Virus record (IMG/VR): IMGVR_UViG_3300018432_000001
Coordinates: 32,001-96,000 of that record
DNA length: 64,000 nucleotides
Reading direction: 5' to 3' (one strand)
From: a virus
Positions within the stretch are counted from its first letter, which is position 1; every line of letters starts with the position of its first letter. Below the pieces are notes generated by a model. The model saw only the letters and a program-made list of their open reading frames with translations, searched no databases and had not been told where the DNA came from. Positions 46,652 through 56,212 of this stretch are shown in pieces. The position numbers and the translations under genes are program-made.

Positions 46652-48181
46652 ATGGCTGAGACTTCTACCGTCCGAGGCCGGATGGCCCGGTTCACGCGCC
46701 TGGACGACATGGGTCGTCCGCTGTACGGACCGGGCAACCAGGCCGTCACCAAGGGCATCATTTCGGTCACCTACACCCCGAACGTCACCGAAGGCGAAGC
46801 CACCTCGGTCACGAACTTCGCGGGCGAACAGTGCATCTCGGCCCCCGCGCCGTGCGCGACCATCGACAACTGGACCGTCGGCGTCGAATTCTGCGCCGTC
46901 GACCCTTGTGTCGTCCTGATGATCTACCCGTCCTGGATTCCGATTTATGACGATTTCGGGTCGATCAAGGGTTTCCAGATCGTCGGCGGCCTGTCGTGCG
47001 ACGTCGGTTTCGCCCTGGAGATCTGGGGCCAGATCGGATCGGCAGGGTCGGCCATCCAGTGCGGACCGGGCGCCGTCTCGGGCTCCACGTACTGGCTCGC
47101 GCCGCGCCTCGTGGGCGCCGCTCCCGGCGAAATCACGATCAGTAACGAAGCGACTTCATTCACGTTCAACGGGACCACCACGAGCCCCGTGGGTTGGCGC
47201 CGTGGCCCGTACCTGGTCGACATCGTCAACGGCGTGCCCTCGGTCCTGCGCGACCCGGTCGACTCGGCCGCGCAGCTCGTGGAGTTCACCACGCAGGTGC
47301 GTCCGCCCGAGCCCACCAACGGCTGCGTGGAGCTGCCGCGACCGGTCCCGGAGGAAGCGAGCGTCATCATCGACCGCGTTCCCACCGACGACACCGGCAT
47401 GTGCGCGCGCTTGATCATCGACAACCATGGATTTGGCCCGGTGACGGTGAACTGGGGCGACGGTTCGGACCCCGAGACCAGCGGCGACTGCTCGACCATC
47501 ACCCACTGCTACGCCACGCCGGGCACCTACACGGTGTGCGTCGCCGACCAGCAGACTCCGGCAATCTCGACCTGCCGCGACATCGTCGTGCCGATGCCTG
47601 CCGACCAGCCGACCATGACGCTGGCCGTCGACCCGACCGACGACATGTGTGTCATCGCCACCATCGACATGCCGCCGCAGTCCGATGGACGCGTCGAAGT
47701 CACCTGGGGCGACGACACTGCCGCGTCCACGGTCGAAATCACGCCGGGCACGCCAGTGGAAGTGCGCCACTGCTACGCCACGCCGGGCGTCTACACCGTC
47801 CGTGCCGTGCGCGTGGAGCAGCCGGACTACTACACCACCGCAACCGTCGTGGTGCCGGTCATCGCCAACCCCATGGTGTCGGCCGCCGTCGACGGCCAGG
47901 TGGTCACGCTGACCGTTGACAACAACGGCAACGGGCTGACCACTGTGGAGTGGGGCGACGGCACCACGACCTCCGGTCCGAACACGGACGGAGGCAACGT
48001 CCAGCACACCTACGCCGCCGACGGCACCTACTCGATCACGGTCACTTCGGTGTCCAACCCACTCTCGACCACCACGGTGCAGGTCACCATCGGTGCCGCT
48101 CCAGGCCTCCAGGCCGGAGTCGATGCCGATGAAGGCGATGTGTCGGGCATGACGGTCGAAGTCACCTGGAACAACGCCTAG
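46652..48181 (+). CDS. major tail (tube) protein with three PKD/Ig domains plus a C-terminal half domain
   Basis: VRGRMARFTRLDD.G, FCAVDP, FALEIW, WRRGPY; three WGD...HxY...GxYT repeats. Confidence 0.85.
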   Translation: MAETSTVRGRMARFTRLDDMGRPLYGPGNQAVTKGIISVTYTPNVTEGEATSVTNFAGEQCISAPAPCATIDNWTVGVEFCAVDPCVVLMIYPSWIPIYDDFGSIKGFQIVGGLSCDVGFALEIWGQIGSAGSAIQCGPGAVSGSTYWLAPRLVGAAPGEITISNEATSFTFNGTTTSPVGWRRGPYLVDIVNGVPSVLRDPVDSAAQLVEFTTQVRPPEPTNGCVELPRPVPEEASVIIDRVPTDDTGMCARLIIDNHGFGPVTVNWGDGSDPETSGDCSTITHCYATPGTYTVCVADQQTPAISTCRDIVVPMPADQPTMTLAVDPTDDMCVIATIDMPPQSDGRVEVTWGDDTAASTVEITPGTPVEVRHCYATPGVYTVRAVRVEQPDYYTTATVVVPVIANPMVSAAVDGQVVTLTVDNNGNGLTTVEWGDGTTTSGPNTDGGNVQHTYAADGTYSITVTSVSNPLSTTTVQVTIGAAPGLQAGVDADEGDVSGMTVEVTWNNA

Positions 48182-48191
48182 GAGGGCTGCC

Positions 48192-49493
48192 ATGACCGTC
48201 ACCATTCAATGGGACGCCGATGCTCCATTGACGGCCCAGCCCGACGCGGGCACCGCAACGAAGGTGTACACGACTGCAGGGCCCGGAACCGTGACCATCA
48301 CCGACGAGGCCATCGGCGGTGACAGCGTCACGCTGGACTACACCGTGCCGCTGGAAATGACCACAGTGGTGCCGACTCCGAACACGGCCGATTCGGCCGG
48401 GACCGCCGAAGAGCGCACCATCTCGGTCGCTGGCGAGGGCTTCCCGGCCAGCATGGCGGGCACCGTGGCCATCGCCACGGGCGTGCCCGGCGCGTTCGGG
48501 ACCACGCTGGTGTCGACCTCGGCCACCACCAACACCGCCGGGATCTTCACCGACGTCGACGTGGTGGTGCCAAGCGATGCTGCCGCCGGTGACTACCACC
48601 TGGAAGTCAGCTTCGGGGCCATCGTGGACCTGTCGGCTGCGATCACGCTCACCAACACCGAGCTCGCTGCGCCGACGTCGCTCGCGTCGCCGTCGCAGAC
48701 CTCGACCACGGTCACCCTGACCTGGGCGGCAGTGACCGACGCCGAAACGTATGTGGTCCGTTCCTCGCCTGCAGGCGCTGGTACTTGGGTCGAGCGTGCC
48801 CCGGTGGCGGTTCTGACCGACACGGTCTCGGCGCTCACCGCGTTGACGAGCTACGACTTCCAGGTCAAGGCGCAGGCCACGGGCTCGACCGATTCGCCGT
48901 GGTCGACCACGCTCACGCAGTCCACGACCGCGCAGCCGGTGCTGGACGCACCGGCGAACCCATCGGCGGGCACGCCGACGACCACGACCATCCCGTTCTC
49001 CTGGGATGCGGTCACCGACGCCGAAACGTACACCGTCGAATGGCGGATCAGCCCGGCCGGAGCCTGGACCGCAATCGACAGCATCGCCACCACCAACACC
49101 ACGGTCAGCGGCCTGGACCCGAATACGACGTACGACCTGCGGGTCAAGGCCGTCGCTGATGGATTCACGGACTCTCCGTTCTCTGCAGTCGTCACCGAGT
49201 CCACCGATTCGCTGGGCACGTTGGCCGCTCCGACCGGTATCGCCAGCCCGTCGCAGACGGCCACGACGATCGACCTCACGTGGGACGCGGTTCCCAATGC
49301 CACCAGCTACGGCATCGAACGGTCGCCTGCGGGGGCCGGGACGTGGGTCGAAGTGCAGACCGCTGGGACGAACGCTGCGACGGTGACCGGCATGGTCGCC
49401 AGCACTTCATATGACTTCCGGATTTCGGCTCGCGCCGCCGGATGGGTCGACTCGGACTGGTCGGCCACGTTCACCCAAGCCACCACCGCTTAA
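48192..49493 (+). CDS. Ig/FN3-array protein (half PKD + Ig + 3 FN3)
   Basis: AGGAGG RBS; three APxx...WxAV...Y...L...TxYD.xVxA repeats. Confidence 0.85.
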   Translation: MTVTIQWDADAPLTAQPDAGTATKVYTTAGPGTVTITDEAIGGDSVTLDYTVPLEMTTVVPTPNTADSAGTAEERTISVAGEGFPASMAGTVAIATGVPGAFGTTLVSTSATTNTAGIFTDVDVVVPSDAAAGDYHLEVSFGAIVDLSAAITLTNTELAAPTSLASPSQTSTTVTLTWAAVTDAETYVVRSSPAGAGTWVERAPVAVLTDTVSALTALTSYDFQVKAQATGSTDSPWSTTLTQSTTAQPVLDAPANPSAGTPTTTTIPFSWDAVTDAETYTVEWRISPAGAWTAIDSIATTNTTVSGLDPNTTYDLRVKAVADGFTDSPFSAVVTESTDSLGTLAAPTGIASPSQTATTIDLTWDAVPNATSYGIERSPAGAGTWVEVQTAGTNAATVTGMVASTSYDFRISARAAGWVDSDWSATFTQATTA

Positions 49494-49511
49494 GCAGAGA
49501 GGAGAGCCGCT

Positions 49512-51737
49512 GTGCCTATCGTGTTGCAGCCTGTCGACCAGCTCGCGCACAACGAGCTGGCGCAGCGGCTCGCCTGCTGGGCCAAAGCCGAAGACGGCTT
49601 CACCGACAATGCCCTGATCTACCAGTCCTGCTGTGTCTCCCCCACCGGGCAGACGCTGGGCCGGTGGGTCGTTGACGAAGCGCTGTGCGCCGAGTACGGG
49701 CCGTTCGACTTCACCGCCAACGAAGGCGACGTTATTGTCTGCCCGACGCCGGGTTCGGCCGAGTACACCAACTACTACATCTACGACGACGACGTCCACG
49801 CTATCGACCCGAACACCTGCATCGAGCAGCTGCTCGCGGCGCCGACAGGCCTGAACTCGCCCACGCAGGGACCCACCACCGTGGACCTGGCGTGGGACGC
49901 CGTCCCTGACGCTCAGCGGTACGTCGTCCGCTGGTCTTTGGCTGGTCAGGACGACTGGACGGAGCTGGCGCCCACGTTCCTGCTGACCGCCGAGGTCACG
50001 GGCCTGACCGACGAAACGAGCTACGACTTCCAGGTGCAGGCGATCGCCGTGGGCTTCGTCGACTCGCCGTGGTCGGCCACGCTCACGCAGGCCACCACCT
50101 CGCTGGGGACGCTCGCAGCGCCTACGGGGCTCGCGACCCCATCGGCCACCGGTACCACCATCGACGTCACCTGGAACGCCGTCGACAACGCCACCGGGTA
50201 CACCGTGGAATGGTCGCCCACCGGCGCTGGAACGTGGACTCCGGCGACCACGGCCACGAACTCGTACACGATCACCGGTCTGACCTTGGACACGTCCTAC
50301 GACATCCGCGTCAAGGCGACCGCACCGGGCTGGACCGACTCGCCGTATTCGGCCCAGATCATCGGCTCTACCGAGGCGCAGCTCGCCACTCCGGCGGGGC
50401 TCGCGTCGCCCTCGCAGACCGGCCTGACCGTGAACCTCACGTGGTCGGCGGTCACCGACGCCAACGAGTACGTCGTGCGCTGGTCTCCGGCCGGTGCGGG
50501 CACCTGGACTGAACTGGCGCCAGTAGGCATCACTAGCGCGACGGTGTCCGGTTTGACCGCCTCTACCAGTTACGACTTCCAGGTCAAGGCCCAGGCCGAG
50601 GACTTCGTCGACTCCGCGTGGAGCACCACGCTGACCCAGTCCACGGCGGCTGTCCTGGCGACGCCGGTACTGACGAGCCCATCGCAGACGGACACCACGG
50701 TCGCTTTGACCTGGGGTGCAGTGCCGAATGCGACGTCGTACACCGTGCAGTGGTCGCTGGCGCCGTCCGGTTCCTGGAACGCCATGCCGGACGTGTCGGG
50801 TACCGGGCAGACCGTCACGGGCCTGACCGCTGCCACGTCCTACCGGTTCCGGGTGCTGGCGCACGCTGCCGGTTGGACCGACTCCGCGTGGTCGGCCGAG
50901 CTGACTCAGGCGACCGATGCCGCCCTGGCAGCGCCGACCGGGGTGAACAGCCCATCGCAGACCGCCTCGACGATTGACGTCGCATGGACTGCCGTGGCGG
51001 GCGCGGACGGGTACACCGTCGAATGGTCCCCGGCGGGTGCGGGCACGTGGACGCCTGCGACGAACGCGGACACCACATACACGATCATCGGGCTCGCGGC
51101 CGACACCGCCTACGACATCCGCATCAAGGCCACCGCGACCGGGTTTGCCGACTCGGCGTACTCGACGGTGCTCACGCAGTCGACGCTGGAAGTGCAGCTC
51201 GCTGCACCGACCGGGTTCGCGAGCCCCTCGCAGACCGACACGAGCATCAACACGTCCTGGGACGCCGTTGACGACGCCGAGTCCTACGTCGTGGAGTGGT
51301 CCCCGGCGGGTGCAGGCACGTGGACCCCGGTCCCCGCTGCCACGACTACCCAGGAGATCACGGGTCTCTCAGCCGCCACCAACTACGACCTTCGGGTCAA
51401 GGCGATCGCAGACGACCACATCGACTCGACCTACGCAACGCTCACGCAGGAAACGCATGGGCCGCTGCTCGCGCCGACCGGTCTCGCCAGTCCCTCCCAG
51501 ACGTCGACCACGGTCGACCTCACCTGGAACGCGGCCATCAACGCCGATTTCTACGTCGTGCGCTGGTCGCCTGCGGGGGCCGGGACCTGGACTGAGGAAC
51601 CGCAGGTGTCGGGGACCTCGGACACCGTCTCGGGGTTGACGGCCTCGACTTCATATGACTTCCAAGTCAAAACCATTGCGGACGGTTTCGCCGACTCTGG
51701 CTGGTCCGGCTCGCTTACCCAGTCAACTACCGCCTAG
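49512..51737 (+). CDS. anchor domain + 7 FN3 virion decoration protein
   Basis: GAGGAG RBS; seven ~90-aa FN3 repeats. Confidence 0.85.
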   Translation: MPIVLQPVDQLAHNELAQRLACWAKAEDGFTDNALIYQSCCVSPTGQTLGRWVVDEALCAEYGPFDFTANEGDVIVCPTPGSAEYTNYYIYDDDVHAIDPNTCIEQLLAAPTGLNSPTQGPTTVDLAWDAVPDAQRYVVRWSLAGQDDWTELAPTFLLTAEVTGLTDETSYDFQVQAIAVGFVDSPWSATLTQATTSLGTLAAPTGLATPSATGTTIDVTWNAVDNATGYTVEWSPTGAGTWTPATTATNSYTITGLTLDTSYDIRVKATAPGWTDSPYSAQIIGSTEAQLATPAGLASPSQTGLTVNLTWSAVTDANEYVVRWSPAGAGTWTELAPVGITSATVSGLTASTSYDFQVKAQAEDFVDSAWSTTLTQSTAAVLATPVLTSPSQTDTTVALTWGAVPNATSYTVQWSLAPSGSWNAMPDVSGTGQTVTGLTAATSYRFRVLAHAAGWTDSAWSAELTQATDAALAAPTGVNSPSQTASTIDVAWTAVAGADGYTVEWSPAGAGTWTPATNADTTYTIIGLAADTAYDIRIKATATGFADSAYSTVLTQSTLEVQLAAPTGFASPSQTDTSINTSWDAVDDAESYVVEWSPAGAGTWTPVPAATTTQEITGLSAATNYDLRVKAIADDHIDSTYATLTQETHGPLLAPTGLASPSQTSTTVDLTWNAAINADFYVVRWSPAGAGTWTEEPQVSGTSDTVSGLTASTSYDFQVKTIADGFADSGWSGSLTQSTTA

Positions 51738-51750
51738 TTAGGAGATAGCC

Positions 51751-52638
51751 ATGCCTATCGTGCTCCAGCCGATCGATCAGATCGCTAAAAAGGAGTTGGC
51801 TCAGCAGCTGGCCTGCTGGGCGCGGGCCGCCAACGGCCTGACCGACGTCGCCGTCCAGTACGGTACCTGCTGCGTCTCGCCGACCGGCGAGACGTTGGGG
51901 CGTTGGACGATCCCCAACGACCTCTGCACCACGTACGGTGAGCTTCCGTTCACCGGAAATAACGGGGAGACGATCGTCTGCCCGCCCGTCGGGTCGGCCG
52001 AGTACGTCTCGTACTACATCTACGACGAAGACGTCGACCCGATCGACGTGGACACCTGCACGCCGCTGGTGGCGCTCGATGCGCCGACTGCGCTCGCGGC
52101 CGGGACCCCGACCGACACCACCATCCCGCTGACCTGGGTCGCCTCGGCGAACGCCAACGGATACACGGTGTCGTACTCCTCGGACTCGGGCACGACCTGG
52201 CTGGAGGTACAGGCCACCGGCAGCCCGTTCACGCTGACGGGGCTGACGCCGGAGACGACGTACACCATCCGCATCCGCGCGACCGACTCGACGAATACGT
52301 TCGCGAAGTCGCCGTGGACGAGCACGGTCACCGCCACCACGGAGTCTTCGCTGCCTGAGCTGGACGTCCCAGAGAACCTGGCGACCGGTACTCCAGCGGC
52401 GACCGAGATGCCGCTGACCTGGGATGCGGTCACGAACGCCGTGTCGTACCACGTCCAGTACAAGACGACGGCATCGTCGACGTGGCTGGACTTCGCGACC
52501 GAGCCGGTCACGCCGTCGACCACGGTCACGGGCCTGGTGACCGCAACCAGCTACGACTTCCGGGTGCGCGCCAACGCCGACGACATCTCGTTCTCGGACT
52601 CGGACTACAGCGCGCCGGTCACCGAGACCACCGCGTAA
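51751..52638 (+). CDS. anchor domain + 2 FN3 virion decoration protein
   Basis: N-terminal ~105 aa closely matches 49512 gene; two FN3. Confidence 0.85.
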   Translation: MPIVLQPIDQIAKKELAQQLACWARAANGLTDVAVQYGTCCVSPTGETLGRWTIPNDLCTTYGELPFTGNNGETIVCPPVGSAEYVSYYIYDEDVDPIDVDTCTPLVALDAPTALAAGTPTDTTIPLTWVASANANGYTVSYSSDSGTTWLEVQATGSPFTLTGLTPETTYTIRIRATDSTNTFAKSPWTSTVTATTESSLPELDVPENLATGTPAATEMPLTWDAVTNAVSYHVQYKTTASSTWLDFATEPVTPSTTVTGLVTATSYDFRVRANADDISFSDSDYSAPVTETTA

Positions 52639-52644
52639 GCGACA

Positions 52645-52689
52645 TGGAGGTGCCCGGCTCTCCTCGAAAGAGAGAGCCGGGCACCTCCA
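52645..52689 (+). terminator. long hairpin terminator or processing site
   Basis: TGGAGGTGCCCGGCTCTC...GAAA...GAGAGCCGGGCACCTCCA. Confidence 0.7.
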
Positions 52690-52721
52690 GTTCCAACTTA
52701 TCGTCCCTTTTGGAGGGGTAT

Positions 52722-53474
52722 ATGCCGAGTATCAAGTGGTACCCGGACCGTACGGTACCGCGCAAGGGCAAGGCCCGCGTCATCGATGTGCCGCAGGCGT
52801 ACACGCTGTCCTTCGGGGATGGCAACACGATCGCGAAGGACGCCGACGACGTCTACCCGTACACCTATGCGGCGGCAGGCCCGTACGCGTTGAACGTGAC
52901 GCTGGTCGGCGAGACCGAACCGGCGGCGTCGCTGCTGCTGAACGTGCTGGACGCAACGGTCCCGAACGTGACTATCTCGGCTCCGGCCAACACGCAGAAG
53001 ATCCGGGTGGCGTTCAACGACCCCGAGATGCCCGTCGTGGGCCGCTACACGGTGGACTGGACGTCGACGGAGAGCGAAGATGTGCTCGCCGAGCCGGACA
53101 AGTACGTGGAGCGGCTCTTCGCGCCGGGCACGTATCCGATCCGGGTCACCGACCACTGGTCGGGACTGTCGGTGGTGCAAGACGTGGTGGTGGCGGCGGT
53201 GGCTGACGATCCGGGTTTTAGCCTCGCCGAGGACACGTCCGATGTCTCGCGGATGACAGCAGAGCTCGAAGTGCTCGCGGTTCCCTCGGCAGAACCCGAA
53301 GAGACTCTCACCGTCGACTGGGGCGATGGCCAAACCGAGACGCTCGCCGCCATCGTGGGCACAACGGCCTCACATGCTTACGCCTATGACGATGAGTACA
53401 TGGTGGAGCTCGCGTACACCGCTGAGCCCGCGAAGAACACCACGCAGTTCGTGTGGCTGCCGTTCACGGATTAG
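52722..53474 (+). CDS. PKD-domain protein (3 Ig-like domains)
   Basis: FGDG..YTY..AGPY; VDW..PGTY; VDWGDG..SHAY; GGAGG RBS. Confidence 0.8.
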   Translation: MPSIKWYPDRTVPRKGKARVIDVPQAYTLSFGDGNTIAKDADDVYPYTYAAAGPYALNVTLVGETEPAASLLLNVLDATVPNVTISAPANTQKIRVAFNDPEMPVVGRYTVDWTSTESEDVLAEPDKYVERLFAPGTYPIRVTDHWSGLSVVQDVVVAAVADDPGFSLAEDTSDVSRMTAELEVLAVPSAEPEETLTVDWGDGQTETLAAIVGTTASHAYAYDDEYMVELAYTAEPAKNTTQFVWLPFTD

Positions 53475-53488
53475 TCCCGGAAGCAAGG

Positions 53489-53521
53489 AGCGGCCCTGAC
53501 GTTGCGCACGTCAGGGCCGCT
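53489..53521. terminator. bidirectional hairpin between convergent transcripts
   Basis: AGCGGCCCTGACGT-TGCGC-ACGTCAGGGCCGCT, 14-bp stem. Confidence 0.75.
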
Positions 53522-53524
53522 TTG

Positions 53525-53598
53525 TCGCGGGGAGCGGATTTGAACCGCCGACCTTCAGGTTATGAGCCTGTTGAGCTACCGAACTGCTCCACCCCGCT
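53525..53598 (-). tRNA. tRNA-Met(CAT), initiator-like
   Basis: AGCGGGGTGGAGCAG...CTCATAA...GGTTCAAATCC...CCCCGCGA; unpaired 1:72; no encoded CCA. Confidence 0.88.
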
Positions 53599-53713
53599 GC
53601 GCGTCTCTGAGTGTAGCTGGTGTGCGGTGACGTCCTTTTCGAGTTGGTCCATGAGGGCGACCGACGAGGTCGTGCCCACGTACAGGCACGCCATCCGAGA
53701 ATTCGGCAAAGAG

Positions 53714-53752
53714 TATACACAACACCCTCATGTCCGTTTTGTCGTCTATAGT
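53714..53752. promoter_or_regulatory. divergent promoter pair flanking a TGTCCGTTTT box
   Basis: TATACT (minus, toward tRNA) and TATAGT (plus, toward fibre gene) either side of the box at 53731. Confidence 0.6.
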
Positions 53753-53792
53753 ATGAATGACGTGGGTTTTTATTGCTAAGGAGGTCAGGCTG

Positions 53793-55361
53793 ATGGCGAT
53801 CGCCCAGTACTCCGACCTGTTCTGGTATCCCTCAGGCACGCTGGCCACCGGCATCCAGGTACGCATCTTCGAACTCAACGACAACGTGTTCGCCCCGCTC
53901 TTCTCCGACCCCGCCGGAACCATTCCCCTTGCCAACCCGATGACCACCAGCGCCACCGGCACCATCTCGTTCTACGCCGAGCAGGGCGAGTACTGGATGC
54001 ACGCCGACTCCGAGAGTTTCCGGATCGGCGTCGGCCTGTCCCCGGTGACCCCGGAGACGATCGCCGCCATCGAAGCGGACGTGGCTGCGCTGCAAACCGA
54101 CATGACAGCGGTCGAAGGCGACGTCACGGGCCTGCAAACCGCCGTAGCTACTGCGCAGGGCGACATCACGGCACTTCAGGGTGATGTAACGGCAGCGCAA
54201 GGGGACATTACTGCCTTGGAAGGGAACGTCGGAACCCTCCAGACCGACATGACCACCGCGCAGGGCGACATCACCGCGCTGCAGACCGGTTTGGGCACCG
54301 CGCAGGGCGACATCACCGCGCTGGAAGGCGACATGGCTACCGCGCAGGGCGACATCACCGCGCTGGAAGGCGACATGGCTACCGCGCAGGGAGACATCAC
54401 CGCGCTGGAAGCGGCCATCGAGGTCACGGAAAAGGCGGCAGCATCCACACTGTCGACAGGCGTCTCTGCCGGTGGTGAGTTGAACGTCAACGGTGTGAGT
54501 TCTTCGGCGATTGATATCGCTCCGCTGGTCGGGTACATCACGTCGTTCGACATCGATCCGTTCAATCCTGCCATCACCCGCATCGAATACCCCGGCGGGA
54601 CTGTGGAGATGGACGCGGGCGCGCTCTCGCGGACCGCAACGGCGTGGTTGATGGACGTCAACCAGGTGATTACGCAGCAGGCGACGCCGCCCACGAATTC
54701 GCAGCGTCGCACCCACATCTTCTTGGGTATCACCGCGCAAGTCGGCGGCGTCATCATCGTCGACCAGACGTTGCAGACCATTCTGCAACAACCCGCCAAC
54801 CAACTGTCCGACCTGCTGAACTCGCTCGGCGCGTTCAACATCTCGGGGAACATCATCTCTGCCAACGGCGCGAACCTCATGATCAACCAAACGGCTGGAA
54901 CGATGTTCGCCCAGTCGTTCAACCACTTCATGGGCCCCGTGCAGACCAACGACCCGCATGTGAACACGACGATGGCGCAGACCCCGGCGAACTTCCGGTA
55001 CGCCACCCGCGACCCGAACACGCCGTTCGGGCTGCTTCGCAACACCATCGACGTCGCGAACTACGACAACGCAGGCGTCATCACGCCGATCGGCGGCGGC
55101 GCGAACTCCGCGACGATTCACCGCGTGTACCTGTTCGCGAACAACACCGCGAACGAGCAGATCGCCATCCAGTACGGGCAGAGCGTCTATGCGTCGCTGT
55201 CCGCAGCCGTCAACGCCATCGGTTCGGGCACGTTCGTGCAGAACCCGCTCATGAACGCCGCTGCCCTGCTGGGGCACATCTGCGTCATCCGGACCGCAAC
55301 CAGCCTCGCCGACCCCGCGCAAGCCATCTTCGAAACCGCCGGAAAGTTCGACACCCCGTAA
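53793..55361 (+). CDS. coiled-coil fibre / whisker-like virion protein
   Basis: AAGGAGG RBS; 14-aa repeats TAQGDITALEGDMA; globular N- and C-domains. Confidence 0.8.
   Translation: MAIAQYSDLFWYPSGTLATGIQVRIFELNDNVFAPLFSDPAGTIPLANPMTTSATGTISFYAEQGEYWMHADSESFRIGVGLSPVTPETIAAIEADVAALQTDMTAVEGDVTGLQTAVATAQGDITALQGDVTAAQGDITALEGNVGTLQTDMTTAQGDITALQTGLGTAQGDITALEGDMATAQGDITALEGDMATAQGDITALEAAIEVTEKAAASTLSTGVSAGGELNVNGVSSSAIDIAPLVGYITSFDIDPFNPAITRIEYPGGTVEMDAGALSRTATAWLMDVNQVITQQATPPTNSQRRTHIFLGITAQVGGVIIVDQTLQTILQQPANQLSDLLNSLGAFNISGNIISANGANLMINQTAGTMFAQSFNHFMGPVQTNDPHVNTTMAQTPANFRYATRDPNTPFGLLRNTIDVANYDNAGVITPIGGGANSATIHRVYLFANNTANEQIAIQYGQSVYASLSAAVNAIGSGTFVQNPLMNAAALLGHICVIRTATSLADPAQAIFETAGKFDTP
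54151..54410 (+). repeat. 42-bp tandem coding repeats
   Basis: accgcgcagggcgacatcaccgcgctggaaggcgacatggct, two exact copies plus several degenerate. Confidence 0.85.
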
Positions 55362-55372
55362 GGAGATAGGTC

Positions 55373-56212
55373 ATGCCGGTCATCAACGTCGCGCCGACCG
55401 TCGCGGACGGTGAGGGAAACGCGCTGTACCCGTGCGAGCCGTGGCCGATCAACCCTGTGTGCTGCCCAGGGTGGCCTGCCGACCCGGCCGAGTGGGACCC
55501 CGCGCATTATGACGCTCAGTGGCTGGCCACGGTCGAGCTCTGGCGCGCGGTCGCCGGAGTCATCGGGCTGTGCCGGACCACTGAGCTGCCGTGTCTGGAC
55601 CAGTGCGTGGCGCGCCCGCTGGAGGCGTACTGGATGCGTCCCTACCGGGACGTCAACGGCGCCTGGTTCAACTCCAAGTGCGGATGCCGCGATACGTGCT
55701 CGTGCTCGCAGCTGTGCACGGTAACCCTCCAGGGGCCGGTGTACTCGATTGAGTCGGTCACCGTCGACGGCGTCGCCCTGGAGAGCGATGAGTGGAAGCT
55801 GCTCACCAACAACCGGCTCGCCCGCTGCGGCGGATGCTGGCCCGCCTGCCAGGACTACTGCACCGAGGACGGTCTCGTCGTCACCTACCTGCGCGGCATT
55901 CCGCCAGGCCTGGACGCCATCCGCGCCGTCAGCATCCTCGCCTGCCGCCGACTCCAAGAATGCCCACCAAGTGGCGGCGACTGCGGCACACTGCCCTCCG
56001 GCGTCACCAGCATCAACCGTGAAGGGCTGAACATGCAGCTGGACTCGACCATCGGGGCCGGGGAAGACGGCGTCATCCACTTCACCGGCATCGCCCGGGT
56101 TGATCGATGGATCGCTTCGATCAACCCCTACGGCGTCACCTCGAACCCATCCGTGTGGTCGCCCGACGTCGACACCTCGCAGGTCTGGCGCACCGGCACG
56201 GTGACGCCATGA
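55373..56212 (+). CDS. head-to-tail adaptor
   Basis: PCEPWP, GAWFN..CGC...CSC, LQGPVYSIESVTVDG, WPACQD, LPSGVTSINREG, TGIARVDRWI..INP. Confidence 0.8.
   Translation: MPVINVAPTVADGEGNALYPCEPWPINPVCCPGWPADPAEWDPAHYDAQWLATVELWRAVAGVIGLCRTTELPCLDQCVARPLEAYWMRPYRDVNGAWFNSKCGCRDTCSCSQLCTVTLQGPVYSIESVTVDGVALESDEWKLLTNNRLARCGGCWPACQDYCTEDGLVVTYLRGIPPGLDAIRAVSILACRRLQECPPSGGDCGTLPSGVTSINREGLNMQLDSTIGAGEDGVIHFTGIARVDRWIASINPYGVTSNPSVWSPDVDTSQVWRTGTVTP

Noticed and set aside
48179-48192. Simple stop-codon read-through fusing tail tube to the FN3 gene
   Set aside because: The 10-nt gap puts the next gene in the +1 frame; read-through alone cannot fuse them.
48192-52638. Diversity-generating retroelement acting on Ig repeats
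   Set aside because: No reverse transcriptase in the window, and repeats differ at all base types rather than only adenines.
53525-53598. tRNA genes as prophage attachment sites
   Set aside because: Phage genes continue on both sides, with no integrase or duplicated tRNA 3' fragment in the window.
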